Shown here in pieces: positions 16,054 to 18,676 of a stretch of 18,676 nt of DNA. The notes under the pieces were generated by a model, which made no database searches, was not told the DNA's origin, and saw nothing but the letters and a program-made list of their open reading frames with translations. How positions within the stretch are numbered: the stretch's first letter is position 1; the number at the start of each line of letters is the position of its first letter. The position numbers and the translations under genes were made by a program. The stretch is from Elusimicrobiota bacterium (GTDB lineage: Bacteria > Elusimicrobiota > UBA8919). The stretch covers positions 1 to 18,676 of the forward strand of contig JBDRIG010000036.1 in assembly GCA_043816185.1 (NCBI GenBank), read 5' to 3'.

Positions 16054-17337
16054 TTATTTCCAAAGTTTGTTCATCCAATTTCCAAGTTGTTTTATATCAA
16101 AAACATTGTAATTGAATCTTCTTTTTTTTATCCACGGACGATTGGTATCAATAATGCCTAATTCTCTTCCTGCAACTTCAAATGCTTCAAGTGTTTTACT
16201 AAGATGTTCGTCGGTATGGGTTGCCATAATGCTTACTCTGATAAGCGCGCGGCCAGGAGGCGTAGCTGGGGAAACGATCGGGGTGGTAAAAATTCCATAT
16301 TCGTAAAGTATCTTGCACATCTGAAATACTTTTTCATCCTCTCCGATTATTATAGGTATTATCGGTGTGCTGCTTTTCCCAGTATCAAATCCGAGGGCAC
16401 GAAATCCACTTCTCATTTTTTCTGTATTTTTCCAAAGGCGTTTAATCCTATTCGGATATTTCTTTATAACTTTCAACGCTGAACGAACAGACGCAACATT
16501 GGAAGGACATAAACTTGCAGTAAATATAAGAATCCGTGATAAATGTTTAAGGTAAAAAATTATATTCTCGTCGGCAGCAACAAATCCGCCCGTAGAAGCC
16601 AGTGACTTTGAAAATGTTCCCATTATAATATCAATCTCGCTGGTTAGTCCAAAATAGTCAGCAGTGCCTTTTCCTGTTTTCCCCATAACACCAAGACCGT
16701 GAGCATCGTCGACCATAATGCGAGCATTGTATTTTTTTGCAAGTGGAACAATTCCGGGTAAATCAGCAACATCACCTTCCATGCTATAGACACCATCAAC
16801 GATTATTAGTTTTGCTTTTTCACTGCCGACGAATTTTAGAACTCTTTCCAAATCCTCCATATCGTTATGTTTAAATTTTATCGTTTTACCAAAAGAAAGT
16901 CGGCATCCGTCGACTATTGAAGCATGATCATATTCGTCAAGAATAATATATTCGTTACGACCGACTATAGCAGAAATAATTCCAAAATTTGTCTGCATCC
17001 CTGTTGAAAAAAGTAATGCTTTTTCCTTCCCAATAAATTCCGCGATTTCATTTTCGAGTTTTACGTGGATATCTAACGTACCGTTGAGAAAACGAGAACC
17101 AACACATCCAACTCCATATTTTTGAGTAGCACGGATTGCCGCTGCTTTTAGTCGCCAATCACTCGTTAGCCCAAGATAATTATTTGAACCCATCATAATC
17201 AATTTTTTTCCAGCAACAATTACCTCTGGATCCTGCCCTGATTCAAATGTCCTAAAATACGGATACATCTCATGTTTCATCAGAGACTTTGCAAATTTAA
17301 CAATTTCACTGTTATAACATTTATCAAATATGTCCAT
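16054..17337 (-). CDS. spt: Alpha-oxoamine synthase family PLP enzyme, most like serine palmitoyltransferase
   Basis: YPYFR, MMGSNNYLGL, GSRFLNGTLDIH, DHAS, VDDAH and GTFSKSL (PLP lysine). NGT and FSKSL residues resemble bacterial Spt more than BioF/Kbl. Confidence 0.75.
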   Translation of the reverse strand: MDIFDKCYNSEIVKFAKSLMKHEMYPYFRTFESGQDPEVIVAGKKLIMMGSNNYLGLTSDWRLKAAAIRATQKYGVGCVGSRFLNGTLDIHVKLENEIAEFIGKEKALLFSTGMQTNFGIISAIVGRNEYIILDEYDHASIVDGCRLSFGKTIKFKHNDMEDLERVLKFVGSEKAKLIIVDGVYSMEGDVADLPGIVPLAKKYNARIMVDDAHGLGVMGKTGKGTADYFGLTSEIDIIMGTFSKSLASTGGFVAADENIIFYLKHLSRILIFTASLCPSNVASVRSALKVIKKYPNRIKRLWKNTEKMRSGFRALGFDTGKSSTPIIPIIIGEDEKVFQMCKILYEYGIFTTPIVSPATPPGRALIRVSIMATHTDEHLSKTLEAFEVAGRELGIIDTNRPWIKKRRFNYNVFDIKQLGNWMNKLWK

Positions 17338-17443
17338 AATAAAATCGTGGAACGGGGAATGAATTATGAATTAAGAATTATTTATAATTTGCCTCTTTCA
17401 TCCATTATTCGCTTCTTTTGCTCCCTATTCTCTACCTCTCCCA

Positions 17444-18511
17444 CTATTTCCCTATCTCTTTTGCTATCAAATCTCCGACCTCAGTTGTTGAATATCCCAT
17501 TTTTCCAGCATCCATTGATTTAATTTTTCCCGACGCTAAAACTGTCTTTATTGAATTCTCAATAATTTGTGCAGTTTTTGTTTCACCTAAAACATCCATC
17601 ATCATACTACCAGCTGCAATTGTTGCAATCGGATTGATTACATTTTTTCCGGTGTATTTTGGAGCACTTCCATGAATCGGTTCAAACATTGAAACGCCTT
17701 CGGGATTGATATTACCACCCGCTGCAACACCCAATCCACCTTGAATAACCGCCGCTAAATCCGTTATAATATCTCCGAACAAATTATTTGTGACGACAAC
17801 ATCAAACCAATCTGGATTTTTCACAAACCACATGCAAGTGGCATCAACAAACGCATGTTCTTTTTTTATATTTTTATATTCATCACCCATCTTGTAAAAA
17901 ACTCTCTGCCACAAATCCCCTGAGTAGGTTAAAACATTTGCTTTATCAACCAATGTTAGTATTTTTTTTGCATTTCTTTTTTTGGTTAATTCAAAAGCAT
18001 ATCGGAGACATCGCTCGACACCTTTATAGGTATTGATATCGAGTTGGGTTGCCATTTCATCTTTTGTGTCCTTCTTAAAAACACCACCAGTTCCTGAATA
18101 TGCACCTTCTGTATTTTCTCTGACAACAACAAAATTTATATCCTTCGGCTCTTTATCTTTTATCGGAGTATAAACACCAGGATATAAAATTACAGGACGA
18201 AGATTTATATACTGGTCAAGTTCAAATCTTGTTCTCAACAATAATCCTTTTTCAAGAATGCCTGCTTTTACATCAGGATGACCGATTGCACCAAGGTAAA
18301 TTGCATCAAGTTTTCTAAACTCGGCAATTGCTGAATCGGGAAGAATTTCACCAGTTTTTAAATACCTTTTACCACCCAAATCATAGTGAACAAGTTCGTA
18401 TTTTACACCCGTTTTTTTACATGCAACTTCTAAAACTTTCAAGCCCTCTTTAATAATTTCAGGTCCAACACCATCGCCAGGCATAACACCAATTTTGTAT
18501 TTTTTTAGCAT
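17444..18511 (-). CDS. leuB: 3-isopropylmalate dehydrogenase
   Basis: PGDGVGPE, LLLRTRFELDQYINLRP, VVRENTEG, DKANV, NLFGDIITD and FEPIHGSAP. The ATG at 18511 follows a GGGAGG RBS (ORF open to 18538). Confidence 0.9.
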   Translation of the reverse strand: MLKKYKIGVMPGDGVGPEIIKEGLKVLEVACKKTGVKYELVHYDLGGKRYLKTGEILPDSAIAEFRKLDAIYLGAIGHPDVKAGILEKGLLLRTRFELDQYINLRPVILYPGVYTPIKDKEPKDINFVVVRENTEGAYSGTGGVFKKDTKDEMATQLDINTYKGVERCLRYAFELTKKRNAKKILTLVDKANVLTYSGDLWQRVFYKMGDEYKNIKKEHAFVDATCMWFVKNPDWFDVVVTNNLFGDIITDLAAVIQGGLGVAAGGNINPEGVSMFEPIHGSAPKYTGKNVINPIATIAAGSMMMDVLGETKTAQIIENSIKTVLASGKIKSMDAGKMGYSTTEVGDLIAKEIGK

Positions 18512-18676
18512 TGTTTTATCCTCCCATTTTTTTATCATGATACCGTTGAAAAAGTCAGTTGTAATTTCAGTTGGTATGCCTAAACAATATTTTCAAGCAA
18601 CCACAAGGACAATAATTGTTAGTAACATTTACGGTTTTTCAAATATTTTTAAATTTTCGTTCTTTGAATCATTTTG

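Overview
Low-GC bacterial chromosomal window. The gene set and the large pilin-like protein suggest an anaerobic diderm, possibly Elusimicrobiota (inference). Nearly all genes lie on the minus strand, in this transcription order: leuB, a serine palmitoyltransferase-like PLP enzyme, a YghO/bCerS-like GNAT acyltransferase, thioredoxin, CcdA, a GltD/NfnB-type flavoprotein, LptD, an 857-aa prepilin-like surface protein, tRNA-Leu(TAA), a UPF0104/LPG-synthase-type membrane protein, a Re-citrate synthase-like enzyme and proS. The only convincing plus-strand gene encodes an apparent single-chain archaeo-eukaryotic primase (AEP catalytic motifs plus a PriL-like 4-Cys C-terminal domain). The intergenic DNA carries a nested set of small non-autonomous repeats: a GTCATTGC/GCAATCTC-type REP-like palindrome and three miniature element families (A about 84 bp x3, B about 135 bp x2, C about 117 bp x3). 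C inserts into the REP with an ATT duplication, and B occurs in opposite orientations inside the same REP-B-A module. No transposase is present in the window. Short degenerate tandem repeats occur between genes and also in frame inside proS and the GltD-like gene.
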